NCBI GenBank assembly: GCA_050950505.1 | Contig: JBMNHS010000001.1 | Span: 864,001-928,000, forward strand | From: Candidatus Methanomethylophilaceae archaeon | GTDB taxonomy: Archaea > Thermoplasmatota > Thermoplasmata > Methanomassiliicoccales > Methanomethylophilaceae | Length of the DNA: 64,000 nt | Direction of reading: 5' to 3' | Notes under the pieces: generated by a model | Told to the model about the DNA's origin: nothing | Database searches by the model: none | Seen by the model: only the letters and a program-made list of their open reading frames with translations | Translations under genes and position numbers: made by a program | Shown here: in pieces, positions 54,202-64,000 of the stretch | Numbering within the stretch: position 1 is the first letter of the stretch | How the letters are laid out: every line of letters starts with the position of its first letter

Positions 54202-55239
54202 ATGACGATGACACCAAGAGAAAGAGTGCTGTCCGCACTCAAAAAAGAATCTACGGACAGACCGCCCGTAGCCATGTTCACCGCCTGTGCTACTGCTGGG
54301 ATGATGAGAGCCGCCGATACGTACTTTCCGGAGGCGCACTCCGACGCCGGAAAGATGGCCAGACTGGGCAGTTCCCAGGCAGTGAACTTCGGTCTCGAAT
54401 CGGTAAGGGCCGGTTTCTGTCTTACGCCTGAAGCGGAGGCTTTGGGTTGCGAAGTGAACATAGGAACGGATAAATCGGGGCCAATGGTCAAAGAACACCC
54501 ATTCAATTTCAACCCCATGAAAAAAGAGTACGATGAACCCGAATTGTTGGACATCGACAAGTTTTTGCAATCCGGGCGCGTCAAAGTGACCCAGGATGCG
54601 ATGTCTATCATGAAAAAGGAACACGGCGAAGATTACGTCGTGATTGCGGGAAGCACGGGACCCTTCACGTTGACGGGACATCTGGTGAACACAGAGAATC
54701 TGATATTCTCGGTTTTCATGGATCCGGATGTTGCCAAGAAATGGATATCCGCAGTCAATCCTTATTGTAAAGCCTACGGACAGGCGTTGTTGGACGCAGG
54801 TGCGGATGTGCTGCAGATGTCTGAACCGTCTTCGTCGACGGATATATTGTCGCCGAACGATTTCCCGATTTACTCGGGGGCGTACATGAAAGATTCCCTG
54901 GGGGCTCTGAACGGAGATAACAGAATATTGCACATCTGCGGGGACACGACGGAAATAATACCTGCCATGTTCGAATCGGGAGCCTCAGGAATATCCATAG
55001 AAGAAAAAGTGGAGCCTCATGAAGCCATAAAAATCGTCAACGGAAAAGGCCCGGTGGTAGGCAACGTGGGATGTGCGTTCCCCCTGTTCAGCGGTACGCC
55101 GGAAGACGTGGTAAAATCAACGAAAGCATGCGTCGAGGCGGGATTCGATGTCGTGGCCGCCGGATGCGGAGTTCCCGTGGGCGTGCCGGATGCCAGCATA
55201 AAAGCCATGGTGGACACGGTCAAATCTTACGGAAAATAA
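54202..55239 (+). CDS. MtaA/CmuA family methylcobamide:CoM methyltransferase (paralog 2)
   Basis: MTPRERVLSAL..DRPPV, FPEAH, LHICGD, AAGCG; colinear with paralog 1. Confidence 0.9.
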   Translation: MTMTPRERVLSALKKESTDRPPVAMFTACATAGMMRAADTYFPEAHSDAGKMARLGSSQAVNFGLESVRAGFCLTPEAEALGCEVNIGTDKSGPMVKEHPFNFNPMKKEYDEPELLDIDKFLQSGRVKVTQDAMSIMKKEHGEDYVVIAGSTGPFTLTGHLVNTENLIFSVFMDPDVAKKWISAVNPYCKAYGQALLDAGADVLQMSEPSSSTDILSPNDFPIYSGAYMKDSLGALNGDNRILHICGDTTEIIPAMFESGASGISIEEKVEPHEAIKIVNGKGPVVGNVGCAFPLFSGTPEDVVKSTKACVEAGFDVVAAGCGVPVGVPDASIKAMVDTVKSYGK

Positions 55240-55389
55240 GACTTTCCCAAAACCTCTTACTTTTTATTTTTATTTCGGTTCCGTCGATCGTGCGGACGGA
55301 ATCCTATAAAAAATCCGACAGCGGAAGCTGTCTTTCAGGTTAATGGATTAAAAAAAGAAAAACTCCGGATTTTCACCGGAGTCATTGTT

Positions 55390-55791
55390 TCACTTGCCTT
55401 CTTCCTCGTCCCATTCGCTGAAGAGCTGTACAATGCCTTTTTTGGCAATGGACCAGCTGGGAACTCCGCCGGTCAGAACGGCGACCTGAACCGCTTCAAG
55501 AATCTCGGCTCTCGTGGCACCGTAATTCTTGGCCACTTTTGCCTGTGCGTAAACACAATCGTCGCAGGCTCTCACGCATACGCAGGCGAGGGCGATGAGT
55601 CTCTTGGTTTTCATATCCAGGGCCCCGTCGGACAGAATTGCTTCATCCAAATCGCGGATGATATCCACAAAACCCGGAGTAAGGTCCTTGATGGCTTTCA
55701 GTGTGTTGGGTGCGAAATCACCCATGATTCTGCGCATTTCACAGAAAGACGCAGGATCCTTTTTGCCGCAAGCTTCATGTTTCTCGGACAT
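55390..55791 (-). CDS. Carboxymuconolactone decarboxylase/AhpD family protein
   Basis: DGALDMKTKRLIALA..CDDC....A...GAT.AEILEA. Confidence 0.85.
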   Translation of the reverse strand: MSEKHEACGKKDPASFCEMRRIMGDFAPNTLKAIKDLTPGFVDIIRDLDEAILSDGALDMKTKRLIALACVCVRACDDCVYAQAKVAKNYGATRAEILEAVQVAVLTGGVPSWSIAKKGIVQLFSEWDEEEGK

Positions 55792-55842
55792 AATTTACGG
55801 TATAGCTTCGGATGCTTTATTTAATCATCGCAGTAAACATCA

Positions 55843-56628
55843 TTAAACGAACGGCTCTCCGAAATTCTCCATCTCTTCGCAGACGGTATTTCTCAAAAAC
55901 TCAAAACTGTCTTTGCTGTTGGATGCGATAATCGGATACTCTCTGCCGTACCCTTCGTTCCCGTTAACGGAGCCGACAAATCCTCCTGCCTCCCTCACAA
56001 TCAGGGCGCCGGCGGCAAAATCCCAGGGCTGCAGCGATGCTTCGTAGTAGATATCGATTTTTCCTTCGGCCAGCAGACACATTTCGTATGCGGCGGTTCC
56101 GAACCTCCGTATGTCTTCGCACAAAGGAAACATTCTTTCGGAAATTCTGAAACACATTTCGGCCCTTTCTTTTTTGTATGCGCTCCAGGAAGTGCAGAAC
56201 ATGGAGTTCTCCAACCGTCGGTCGGATACGGTCAATTTCTTATTTCCCGAGAATGCCCCTTTCCCTTTTTCAGCATGAAACATTTCTCCGGTGTAAGGCT
56301 GGTAAACCAGACCCGTGACGGGAATTCCGTTGTCGGTCAAAGCAACGGAAACCGTACTGACCCTCAGATCTCTGGCGTAATTGGCGGTTCCGTCTATGGG
56401 ATCTGCAATCCACCCGTAACGTCCTTCCCCCTCCCTTCCGTTCTCTTCTCCCAGAAACGAGGATCCCGGCAACAGTTCCGTCAGTTCCTTTTTCAGAAAT
56501 CTTTCGACTTTGTAATCGGCGCTGGTCGCGAGGTTCTCCCGTGTGCCTTTGGATTTCACGATCAGGTTTTCCCTGTCCTCCATGATATCTCCGGCCTTTC
56601 GGACAATGTTCATGATGTCTTCAATCAT
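55843..56628 (-). CDS. suhB: Inositol monophosphatase family protein
   Basis: FLGEE, WIADPIDGTANY, RRFGTAA, QPWDFAAG. Confidence 0.9.
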   Translation of the reverse strand: MIEDIMNIVRKAGDIMEDRENLIVKSKGTRENLATSADYKVERFLKKELTELLPGSSFLGEENGREGEGRYGWIADPIDGTANYARDLRVSTVSVALTDNGIPVTGLVYQPYTGEMFHAEKGKGAFSGNKKLTVSDRRLENSMFCTSWSAYKKERAEMCFRISERMFPLCEDIRRFGTAAYEMCLLAEGKIDIYYEASLQPWDFAAGALIVREAGGFVGSVNGNEGYGREYPIIASNSKDSFEFLRNTVCEEMENFGEPFV

Positions 56629-56878
56629 CTTACTCCCGTCACCACTGTATCGCATCATATATTCCTATAATAGCGGTTTCCGTTGCACGGCGTTTCCGAA
56701 AGAATACTTATGCTTGTTTCCGCATCATGTTTTGTAAAGTCTTAAAAAGTACTTTTGACCCAATTCCCTGAGTTCATTTTTCGACAAATGGTAAAAAACT
56801 CTGTTTTCAATTCTTTACGTCAAATGACGATAAATAAGTTCGACATTATTAAATAAGAATCCTTCTGTCTATCGAATT

Positions 56879-57571
56879 ATGACGGAGGAGTTCGGCGAAA
56901 AAATTGCCGGTGACATAGCTATGTCTTCGGAGCCTGGGAAGACTATCCGCAAATGGAGAGAAGAGTTTTCCCTGTCTCAGCAACAACTTGCGGACAGCAT
57001 GGGAGTTTCCAACTCGGTTATAAGCGATTATGAATCCGGAAGACGGAAATCCCCCGGGGTGGCCGTTATCAAGAAGCTTGTTGAATCGCTCATAGCTTTG
57101 GATGCAATCAACGGATATCCGGTTGCTTCCAGATACCGGCCCGAAACCAGGGACGAGTGTATTTTGGCCATGGAAGAATTTGACGGAGGAATCGATTCCG
57201 ACAAATTCATCGAGATCATCGCCGGGCGGAACGTGAACCCGGACAAGATGCCTTCAAGGAAAATTTACGGTTACACAATCGTGGATTCCATGAAAGCCAT
57301 TGTGAATCTGAGTTCCGAGGATTACCTGAAGATATACGGGTGGAACATCGAACGTGCGTTGATTTTCACCGACGTGCATTTCGGAAGATCCCCCATGGTC
57401 GCAATCCGAGCCCATCCGCTGACTCCCGGAATGGTTGTTTACCAAAACCCGGAGAACACGGATGTTCTGGCCATAAAACTGGCTAAATTGGAGAAGATAC
57501 CCTTGGTCACCACCAAACTGGCTGTTGAAGAATTGGTTGAACGTTTGAACAAATTAAAGGAAGGGAATTGA
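56879..57571 (+). CDS. XRE-family HTH regulator (conserved archaeal)
   Basis: IRKWREEF.LSQQQLA..VISDYESGRRKSPG, GRSPMVAIR. Confidence 0.85.
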   Translation: MTEEFGEKIAGDIAMSSEPGKTIRKWREEFSLSQQQLADSMGVSNSVISDYESGRRKSPGVAVIKKLVESLIALDAINGYPVASRYRPETRDECILAMEEFDGGIDSDKFIEIIAGRNVNPDKMPSRKIYGYTIVDSMKAIVNLSSEDYLKIYGWNIERALIFTDVHFGRSPMVAIRAHPLTPGMVVYQNPENTDVLAIKLAKLEKIPLVTTKLAVEELVERLNKLKEGN

Positions 57572-58624
57572 ATGGACGTAGGAATTGTAAGCTACGGGGC
57601 TTACGTGCCCCGCTACAGAATAAAACCTGAGGAAATCGGGAGAATCTGGGGTGCGGACGGCGTAGGCATGGGAAGAGGACTGGGAATAATTCAGAAATCA
57701 GTCCCCTCGCCGGATGAGGATGTCATCACGATATCTTCCGAAGCGGCGAGATACATGATGGACAGGGTTCCCGAAGTGAACCCTCAGGACATCGGAGCCG
57801 TTTACGTCGGATCCGAATCGCATCCTTATGCGGTCAAACCCTCATCCGGGACCATCGCGGAAGTCATCAGGGCAACACCCAATCTGACCGCCGCCGATTT
57901 GGAATTCGCCTGTAAAGCCGGTACCGCCGGAATACAGATGTGCAAAGGACTCGTCGGCTCCGGAATGGTAAAATACGGAGTGGCAATCGGTGCCGATACC
58001 TCCCAGGGCGCACCCGGGGACGCTTTGGAATACTCTGCGTCGGCAGGCGGCGCGGCGTTCCTGATAGGGTCCGAAAAGGTAATCGCAAAGATAAACAAAA
58101 CATTGAGTTTCACCACCGATACGCCGGACTTTTGGAGAAGGGAAGGTCAACCCTATCCAAGACACGGAGGGAGGTTCACCGGAACCCCCGCGTATTTCAA
58201 ACACATAACTTCCGCCGCGAACCTGATGTTCGAGGCCATGGGAACCAAGGCCGAAGATTACGATTATGCGGTGTTCCACCAGCCCAACGGAAAATTCCCC
58301 CAAAGGGTCGCGGCCATGCTGGGATTCACCCCCGAGCAGATTGAGTACGGTCTTATGTCTCCGTATATCGGAAACACGTACAGCGGGGCCGTTCCTATCG
58401 GACTCGCCGGAGTCTTGGACAAAGCCAAACCCGGCGACAGAATTTTCGTCGTGTCGTACGGTTCCGGTGCCGGAAGCGATGCTTTCGACATAACCGTCAC
58501 CGACGAAATGAAGAATTACAAGAAAGAAAACGCACCCACATTGGAAAAGATAATTGAAAATCCGGTATTCCTGGACTATGCATTGTATGCGAAGTACAAG
58601 GGAACCATCATGATGCCGGAGTGA
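57572..58624 (+). CDS. Hydroxymethylglutaryl-CoA synthase (archaeal)
   Basis: [45 protein letters not shown]. Confidence 0.95.
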   Translation: MDVGIVSYGAYVPRYRIKPEEIGRIWGADGVGMGRGLGIIQKSVPSPDEDVITISSEAARYMMDRVPEVNPQDIGAVYVGSESHPYAVKPSSGTIAEVIRATPNLTAADLEFACKAGTAGIQMCKGLVGSGMVKYGVAIGADTSQGAPGDALEYSASAGGAAFLIGSEKVIAKINKTLSFTTDTPDFWRREGQPYPRHGGRFTGTPAYFKHITSAANLMFEAMGTKAEDYDYAVFHQPNGKFPQRVAAMLGFTPEQIEYGLMSPYIGNTYSGAVPIGLAGVLDKAKPGDRIFVVSYGSGAGSDAFDITVTDEMKNYKKENAPTLEKIIENPVFLDYALYAKYKGTIMMPE

Positions 58625-58628
58625 TGAC

Positions 58629-59792
58629 ATGAGAGAAGTAGCTATAGTAGGCACAGGAGTCACAAAGTTCGGTGAACTTTGGGACAAATCATTCAGGGCA
58701 ATCGGAATCGAAGCCGGAATCAAAGCAATCGAAGACGCCGGCATGTCCGGTTCGGAAGTGGACGGTGTCTACTTCGGAAACATGTCTTCGAGGTTCATCA
58801 ACCAGCAGCACATCGACGCGTTGATTGCGGATTATTCGGGAATGGCCACAAGGCACGTTCCTGCCGTGAGAACCGAGGCCGGAGGAGCCTCCGGAGGCGT
58901 GGCGTTCAGACAGGGAGTCATGGCCGTGGCGTCGGGAATGAACGACGTTGTCCTTGTGGGCGGAGCGGAAAAGATGACGGACATGGACGATGAAGGCATC
59001 GCTTCGATCATGGACAGCACCGCGGATGCGGAGTGGGAAGTTTCCATGGGACTTACTTTGACTTCATTGTACGCAATGATTGCGAGAAGAATGATTTATG
59101 ACGGGATTGCGACCCGGGAGGAAATCGCGTCCTTCGCGGTAAACGCCCACAAACACGGTGCGTTGAATCCCAACGCACAGTTCAAGAGACCCGTTCCTTT
59201 GGAAACGGTTCTGAAATCCGGCCCGGTGGCCGAACCGTTGAACGTGTTTGACTGCGCTCCTTACTCGGACGGTGCCGCCGCCGTGGTGCTGGTTCCTGTG
59301 GAGCAAGCCAAAAAGATGGGCGTGGACTATGTCAAAGTGGCCGCAACCGCCCAGGCAAGTGACACGCTGGCTCTGTTCCAGAGAGAAGACATAACCACCT
59401 TCAAAGCAACCACCGTTGCCGCCAAGGAAGCATACAAGCTGGCGGGAATCGAAGCCAAGGACATCGACGTTGCGGAAGTCCATGACGATTTTACCGTGGG
59501 GGGTGTAATGGCCCTTCAGGATCTCGGATTCTTCAAGAGAGGAGAGGCCGGAAAAGCCGTCCTCGAAGAACGCATCGGAATCGACGGAGAGGTGGCAATC
59601 AACACCTCGGGCGGCCTGAAAGCCGCAGGTTATCCCGTTGGGGCCGCCGGCGTCGCTCAGATAGTGGAAATCGCCAACCAGCTCAGGAACAAGGCGGACG
59701 GCAGACAGGTTGAGAATGCAAAATACGGTCTCGCACAGTCGGTCGGAGGAACAGGTTCCGCCGTAACCGTCAGCATATTGGAGGCAATCTGA
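58629..59792 (+). CDS. Acetoacetyl-CoA thiolase (archaeal thiolase family)
   Basis: TKFGELW, GGAEKMTD, DGAAAVVL, VAEVHD, INTSGGLKA.GYPVGA. Confidence 0.9.
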   Translation: MREVAIVGTGVTKFGELWDKSFRAIGIEAGIKAIEDAGMSGSEVDGVYFGNMSSRFINQQHIDALIADYSGMATRHVPAVRTEAGGASGGVAFRQGVMAVASGMNDVVLVGGAEKMTDMDDEGIASIMDSTADAEWEVSMGLTLTSLYAMIARRMIYDGIATREEIASFAVNAHKHGALNPNAQFKRPVPLETVLKSGPVAEPLNVFDCAPYSDGAAAVVLVPVEQAKKMGVDYVKVAATAQASDTLALFQREDITTFKATTVAAKEAYKLAGIEAKDIDVAEVHDDFTVGGVMALQDLGFFKRGEAGKAVLEERIGIDGEVAINTSGGLKAAGYPVGAAGVAQIVEIANQLRNKADGRQVENAKYGLAQSVGGTGSAVTVSILEAI

Positions 59793-60196
59793 TGTCAACA
59801 GTCGCAAAAGAGTGGAGAGAAATCCCCGCGAGGTACAACCTTGTCGGTTCCGAATGCGGAAACTGCGGAAGGAAGTACTTCCCCGAGAGGAACATGTGTC
59901 CTCACTGCAGAAGGAACGGTTTCGGCAAAATGCGCCCCTATGACGTGTCGAGGAAGGGTAAGGTGTTCACCTTCTCCATAGTCCATGACGCTCCGGCGTG
60001 CAACAGGGATCTGAAACCCTATGCGGTGGTCATGGTCAGAACCGATGACGGTCTCCTGATATCCGGTCAGTTGGTTGACGCGAATCTCGGAGAAATCGAA
60101 ATCGGAATGAGAGTCCGTGCCGTGTTGAGAAAACTCAGCGAAGCAGGGGATTCCGGAATAATCCACTACGGTTTCAAGTTCGTCCCCGACCTTTGA
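59792..60196 (+). CDS. DUF35 Zn-ribbon/OB-fold scaffold protein
   Basis: CGNCG..YFP.R.MCPHC, IHYGFKF; third gene of the HMGCS-thiolase operon. Confidence 0.92.
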   Translation: MSTVAKEWREIPARYNLVGSECGNCGRKYFPERNMCPHCRRNGFGKMRPYDVSRKGKVFTFSIVHDAPACNRDLKPYAVVMVRTDDGLLISGQLVDANLGEIEIGMRVRAVLRKLSEAGDSGIIHYGFKFVPDL

Positions 60197-60261
60197 ACGG
60201 GACGGACGGCAAACATCTTATTTCAATCAAAAGGGGGTCCGCCCCCTTGTCTTTTCATTTT

Positions 60262-60720
60262 TCAGAATTTCATTATGTCGACGGCGGCAACATGTTCCAG
60301 AATAAGTTCGGTGTACGGGATGTCCGATTTTTCCAGATTCATGTTCTTTGCGGATTCTTCGGTGCAGTCGATGAGGGAATCATCCCTTTCCGCCTCTATG
60401 TCCTCAAGACGGAAATCGTCACAGTTTCCGATAATCAGCACCACGAATCGGTCACTGTCTTTCTTCGGACTCATTTTCTTTATGGCTCTCCCGATCTGTC
60501 TGTCCGCCGAGGCGTAAAGAATTGTTTCGGAAACAAGATCCCGGGAGCGGTTTGTTCCCCTTTCCATGGCACGTTCGGCGTGAATGTAAGCGGACAGAAG
60601 GTGATCCTTTCCGCAGATGTAATCAGGATCGAAAAGTATCGCTTCGGCCCCCACGGTTTCAAAATGATCCATGATTTCATTCGGAGTCTTTTCGCATTTT
60701 ATTCCGATTGCTTTCAGCAT
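60262..60720 (-). CDS. cgi121: KEOPS complex subunit Cgi121
   Basis: DYICGKDHL.SA..HA.RA..RG.NRSR....ETILYASADRQI.RAI. Confidence 0.85.
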   Translation of the reverse strand: MLKAIGIKCEKTPNEIMDHFETVGAEAILFDPDYICGKDHLLSAYIHAERAMERGTNRSRDLVSETILYASADRQIGRAIKKMSPKKDSDRFVVLIIGNCDDFRLEDIEAERDDSLIDCTEESAKNMNLEKSDIPYTELILEHVAAVDIMKF

Positions 60721-60836
60721 GACGGACCATGTGATGAACCCCTTCCGTTTTAACTTTATCAATGACGGAAACCGATAAAGTTTATCATATGGGGCATATA
60801 TGCCCGATTATTGGAATAATTCCGGGACTGAATCAA

Positions 60837-61769
60837 ATGAGTGACGAATGGATTAAGGTAGCCGCTCCGGCCACCACTTCTAACATCGGGCCGGGGTTCG
60901 ATACCTTCGGACTCGCGTTGAGCGAACCTTATGACATCGTGGAAGGCCGGAAAATAGATTCAGGCATGATCATCAGTGAAATCACAGGTCCCGGCAGCGA
61001 CATCATACCCATTGATCCGAAAAAGAATTCAGTCTGCATCGCGGCCGCCGAGGTTCTTCAAAAATCAGGCGAGGATTTCGGCATCGAATTCAGAATCACG
61101 AAAGGAATCAGGCCGGGAAGCGGTTTGGGTTCTTCGGGAGCTTCCGCTTCGGGCGGAGCGTATCTCGCGCATCTGATGTGCGGGAAAAAACTCACGGACA
61201 ACGAATTGGTACTGTGTGCCGCAAGAGCCGAAAGCGTGACTTCCGGAGGACTGCACGCGGACAATGTGGCTCCTTCCCTTTTGGGAGGATTCACCGTGAT
61301 ACGTTCCTACGACCCTTTCGACGTGATATCGATCGAACCGCCGAAGAATCTGGGTATTGTGGTCACTCTTCCGGACATTTACATTGAAACCAAGGAAGCC
61401 AGAAAAGTCATTCCCAAGGAAGTTCCGTTGGAACATCTCGTGTTCCACGTAGGAAACGCATCGTGTCTAACTCACGGCATGGCGACCGGCGACCTTGATT
61501 TAATCAAAAGATCCATACGGGATTTGGTATCCGAACCGAACAGAAAGGAACTCGTTCCCCGCCTGGACGAAGCGGAAGAAACGGCTTTGTCCAACGGAGC
61601 CCTGGCATCTTTCCTGGGGGGTTCGGGCCCCTGTGTCATGTCGTTCTACGACAAAAGCACCGGCGACGGAAACGTTATTGCCGAAAAAGTGAAATCGGTT
61701 TACACCCAAGCCGGCATCGGATGCGAAAGTTGGGTTACGGTTTGCGGCAAAGGCTGCAGAAGGATTTGA
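60837..61769 (+). CDS. thrB: Homoserine kinase
   Basis: PATTSNIGPGFD, GSGLGSSGAS, HADNVAP. Confidence 0.93.
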   Translation: MSDEWIKVAAPATTSNIGPGFDTFGLALSEPYDIVEGRKIDSGMIISEITGPGSDIIPIDPKKNSVCIAAAEVLQKSGEDFGIEFRITKGIRPGSGLGSSGASASGGAYLAHLMCGKKLTDNELVLCAARAESVTSGGLHADNVAPSLLGGFTVIRSYDPFDVISIEPPKNLGIVVTLPDIYIETKEARKVIPKEVPLEHLVFHVGNASCLTHGMATGDLDLIKRSIRDLVSEPNRKELVPRLDEAEETALSNGALASFLGGSGPCVMSFYDKSTGDGNVIAEKVKSVYTQAGIGCESWVTVCGKGCRRI

Positions 61770-61770
61770 A

Positions 61771-62988
61771 ATGGTATCTCACAGAGTAAAGTGCTGGGAT
61801 TGCGGTTCGGACGTGGATGACCCGTTCGTCAGCGTATGCCCGAAATGCAAGGGACTGCTCACTGTCAAAATGGACTTGGAAAAAGTCAAAGAAAAATCTC
61901 CCGAAGATCTGAGGAAAACACCGATAGGAGTGTGGAGATACTCCGATTTCATGCCGGTTGACGCTTCGAAGAAAGTTTCAATACAGGAAGGGGGAACCCC
62001 GTTGTACAAGACGGACGCTCTTGCCGAAATCGTCGGCGTCGACGGGATGCACATAAAGTTTGAAGGACTGAACCCCACCGGTTCCTTCAAAGATAGGGGA
62101 ATGACCGTAGGAGTCACCCGCGCCAAGGAATTGGGCGCTGAAATCGTGGGATGCGCATCCACCGGAAATACTTCCGCTTCTCTTGCGGCTTACGCCGCGA
62201 AGGCGGGTATGAAGTGCGCCGTGTTTTTGCCGTCCGGAAAAGTTGCCGCCGGCAAACTGGCACAGGCTCTGTTCTACGGCGCCAAAGTTCTTTCCATCGA
62301 CGGAAATTTCGATGACGCCCTTGCTCTGGCAAGAACCATGTCCGAACAGAAGAAACTGTACCTGTTGAATTCGATAAACCCATATCGTCCCGAAGGACAG
62401 AAATCCGTGCTGTTCGAAATCCTCGATCAGTTGAATTACGAAATACCCGACAGAATCGTTCTCCCCGTCGGAAACGCCGCAAACATCTGGGCGGTTTACA
62501 AAGCCCTCACCGAGCTGGAAGAGGTGGGATGGATAGACAAAATGCCCATGCTTACCGGAATACAGGCGGAACTGTCCGCTCCGGTCGCCAAGGCTTTCGG
62601 CGGAAAAGAGAAAGATTTCGTTCCTGTCGAGAATCCTGAAACCATTGCCACCGCGATACGCATCGGCAATCCCGTGAGCGGCAGAAAAGCCCTTGCGGCG
62701 ATTTACGACACGGGCGGATTTTCCACCACGGTCACCGATGACGAAATAATCGAGGCCCAGAAACTCACCGCGATGAAGGAAGGCGTGTTCGTCGAACCCG
62801 CTTCCGCGGCATCCGTCGCGGGATTGATTAAGCTGAGGAAACAGGGCATCGTTGACAGAGACGAAAAAGTCGTGGCCATCTGCACCGGAAACGGACTCAA
62901 AGATCCCGAAACCGCGGTGAAGTACAGCAATCAACCGATCAAGTGCGCCAACTCCGCGGAAGCCGTGGATGAAATCCTGTCCCGTTGA
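61771..62988 (+). CDS. thrC: Threonine synthase
   Basis: NPTGSFKDRG, CASTGNT, PVGNAAN, VEPASAA. Confidence 0.95.
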   Translation: MVSHRVKCWDCGSDVDDPFVSVCPKCKGLLTVKMDLEKVKEKSPEDLRKTPIGVWRYSDFMPVDASKKVSIQEGGTPLYKTDALAEIVGVDGMHIKFEGLNPTGSFKDRGMTVGVTRAKELGAEIVGCASTGNTSASLAAYAAKAGMKCAVFLPSGKVAAGKLAQALFYGAKVLSIDGNFDDALALARTMSEQKKLYLLNSINPYRPEGQKSVLFEILDQLNYEIPDRIVLPVGNAANIWAVYKALTELEEVGWIDKMPMLTGIQAELSAPVAKAFGGKEKDFVPVENPETIATAIRIGNPVSGRKALAAIYDTGGFSTTVTDDEIIEAQKLTAMKEGVFVEPASAASVAGLIKLRKQGIVDRDEKVVAICTGNGLKDPETAVKYSNQPIKCANSAEAVDEILSR

Positions 62989-63002
62989 TTTCTGAAAAGG
63001 AA

Positions 63003-64000
63003 TCAACGGAAGTCCAGAAGATTGGATTGCTTGGAGACCTTCTCGGCCTCCCCGTATTCCGCGGCCATGGCTTCAAGCTCATCGTCGTCGGGAGCCCAAT
63101 CCGTCTCGGGAGGTTTCGTTTCCGTCGAACCTCCCGTCTGTTCCTTCAGACTTTTGGCGAGACTGCCGCCTATTCTGTGCAGCGAAGCCAATTCGTTTTC
63201 CGATGCGGCCATGATGTCCGTTCTTCCTTTGTAGCCGGCATCAAAGAGAATTCTGGCTCTTGTTCTTCCGACTCCGCGGAATGAAACCAGATCGGTGAGT
63301 TCTTCCTTCACTCCGTATTTTATTCTCGTCAGGAGAGGTCTGATTTTCTTCATGGTTTCAGGAGCGAAAATGTATGCGATTTCACTCATGGCATACATGA
63401 TCCAGTTCATCATTTCAACCCGTGAACGGATATCCCCCGGACCGATTCCCATATTTTCTGTCACCGTTTCTTCGGGTATTTCCGAAATCCAGTCCGTGAC
63501 CATCGCGGACACCTTTATCGCACCCATCAGAACTTCTTGGGCAAAATCGTATTCTTCGTAAGGATCGTACAGCAGTTTGCTTTCGTACTCATCGGCGATG
63601 GCGTTAAGACGGTCTTCATCGCATTTCTTGGGATACAGTCCCATGACGTCCGGAGTCAGCGCCGCGGCGATGAGAATCTGCATTTCGTCCGTTTCTTCGT
63701 TAATTTTCTTTACGGCGTCTCTGAGTATCACCGCCGATTTCGGATCGATGTACAGATCGGATATCCGTTTTCCGAAAGGCAATATCCTGAGGAAATCTCC
63801 GTTCTTCTCAATCATTCCCTCTTTCGCGAGGAAGCCGGTCACATTTTTTACAACGTTCTCCACGCCGGCCATCGAAGAAGTGCTTCCGTAGAAAGTGGAA
63901 TTGAGAAAATCGACGACTTCGCTGTCGGTAGACGCGTCATTCGTCGCAATCAATCCCAGAATATGGCTTCTCAGAGTGACTTCGTTTCCGAGTTTTGAAG
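63003..64000 (-). CDS. hel308: Ski2-like DNA helicase Hel308, C-terminal part (5' end outside the window)
   Basis: LRSHILGLIA, STFY, FGKRISDLYIDP, GPGDIR, RIKYGVKEEL, RGVGRTRARILF. Confidence 0.9.
   Translation of the reverse strand, partial: SKLGNEVTLRSHILGLIATNDASTDSEVVDFLNSTFYGSTSSMAGVENVVKNVTGFLAKEGMIEKNGDFLRILPFGKRISDLYIDPKSAVILRDAVKKINEETDEMQILIAAALTPDVMGLYPKKCDEDRLNAIADEYESKLLYDPYEEYDFAQEVLMGAIKVSAMVTDWISEIPEETVTENMGIGPGDIRSRVEMMNWIMYAMSEIAYIFAPETMKKIRPLLTRIKYGVKEELTDLVSFRGVGRTRARILFDAGYKGRTDIMAASENELASLHRIGGSLAKSLKEQTGGSTETKPPETDWAPDDDELEAMAAEYGEAEKVSKQSNLLDFR

Overview
Chromosomal window of a methanogenic archaeon, most likely Methanomassiliicoccales (Thermoplasmata), judged from the archaeal ValS/GlyS/Hel308/Cgi121, the HMG-CoA synthase-thiolase-DUF35 operon, a corrinoid/MtaA methyltransferase cluster and a dockerin-bearing ABC binding protein. 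Left to right: (1) a metal/tetrapyrrole module (ABC-2 exporter, FecCD/BtuCD-type importer, CobN + ChlI + ChlD) with six copies of a TTGGA-N7-TCCAA palindrome; (2) housekeeping genes (deaD, valS, CBS proteins including a CBS + HPF-like protein, glyS, Usp, a ferredoxin missed by the ORF track, TrxR-type FNR); (3) a region between tRNA-Ile and tRNA-Pro holding a candidate ~220-nt ncRNA, an OpuA-type transporter with a structured leader, a second pseudoknotted RNA candidate and a complete type I-E CRISPR-Cas locus with 35 repeats; (4) acnA, a regulator-MFS-corrinoid-2x MtaA cluster with its own palindromic operator, the mevalonate entry operon, cgi121, thrBC and partial hel308. The most striking signals are in the CRISPR locus. 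The 13 oldest spacers are all exactly 33 nt while the 21 newest range from 29 to 41 nt. The Cas2-fused DEDDh domain has lost its catalytic motifs. cas3 carries an in-frame TAG in a window where none of 54 credible genes ends in TAG, which suggests pyrrolysine readthrough. All positions and counts were read by hand, and no database searches were run.
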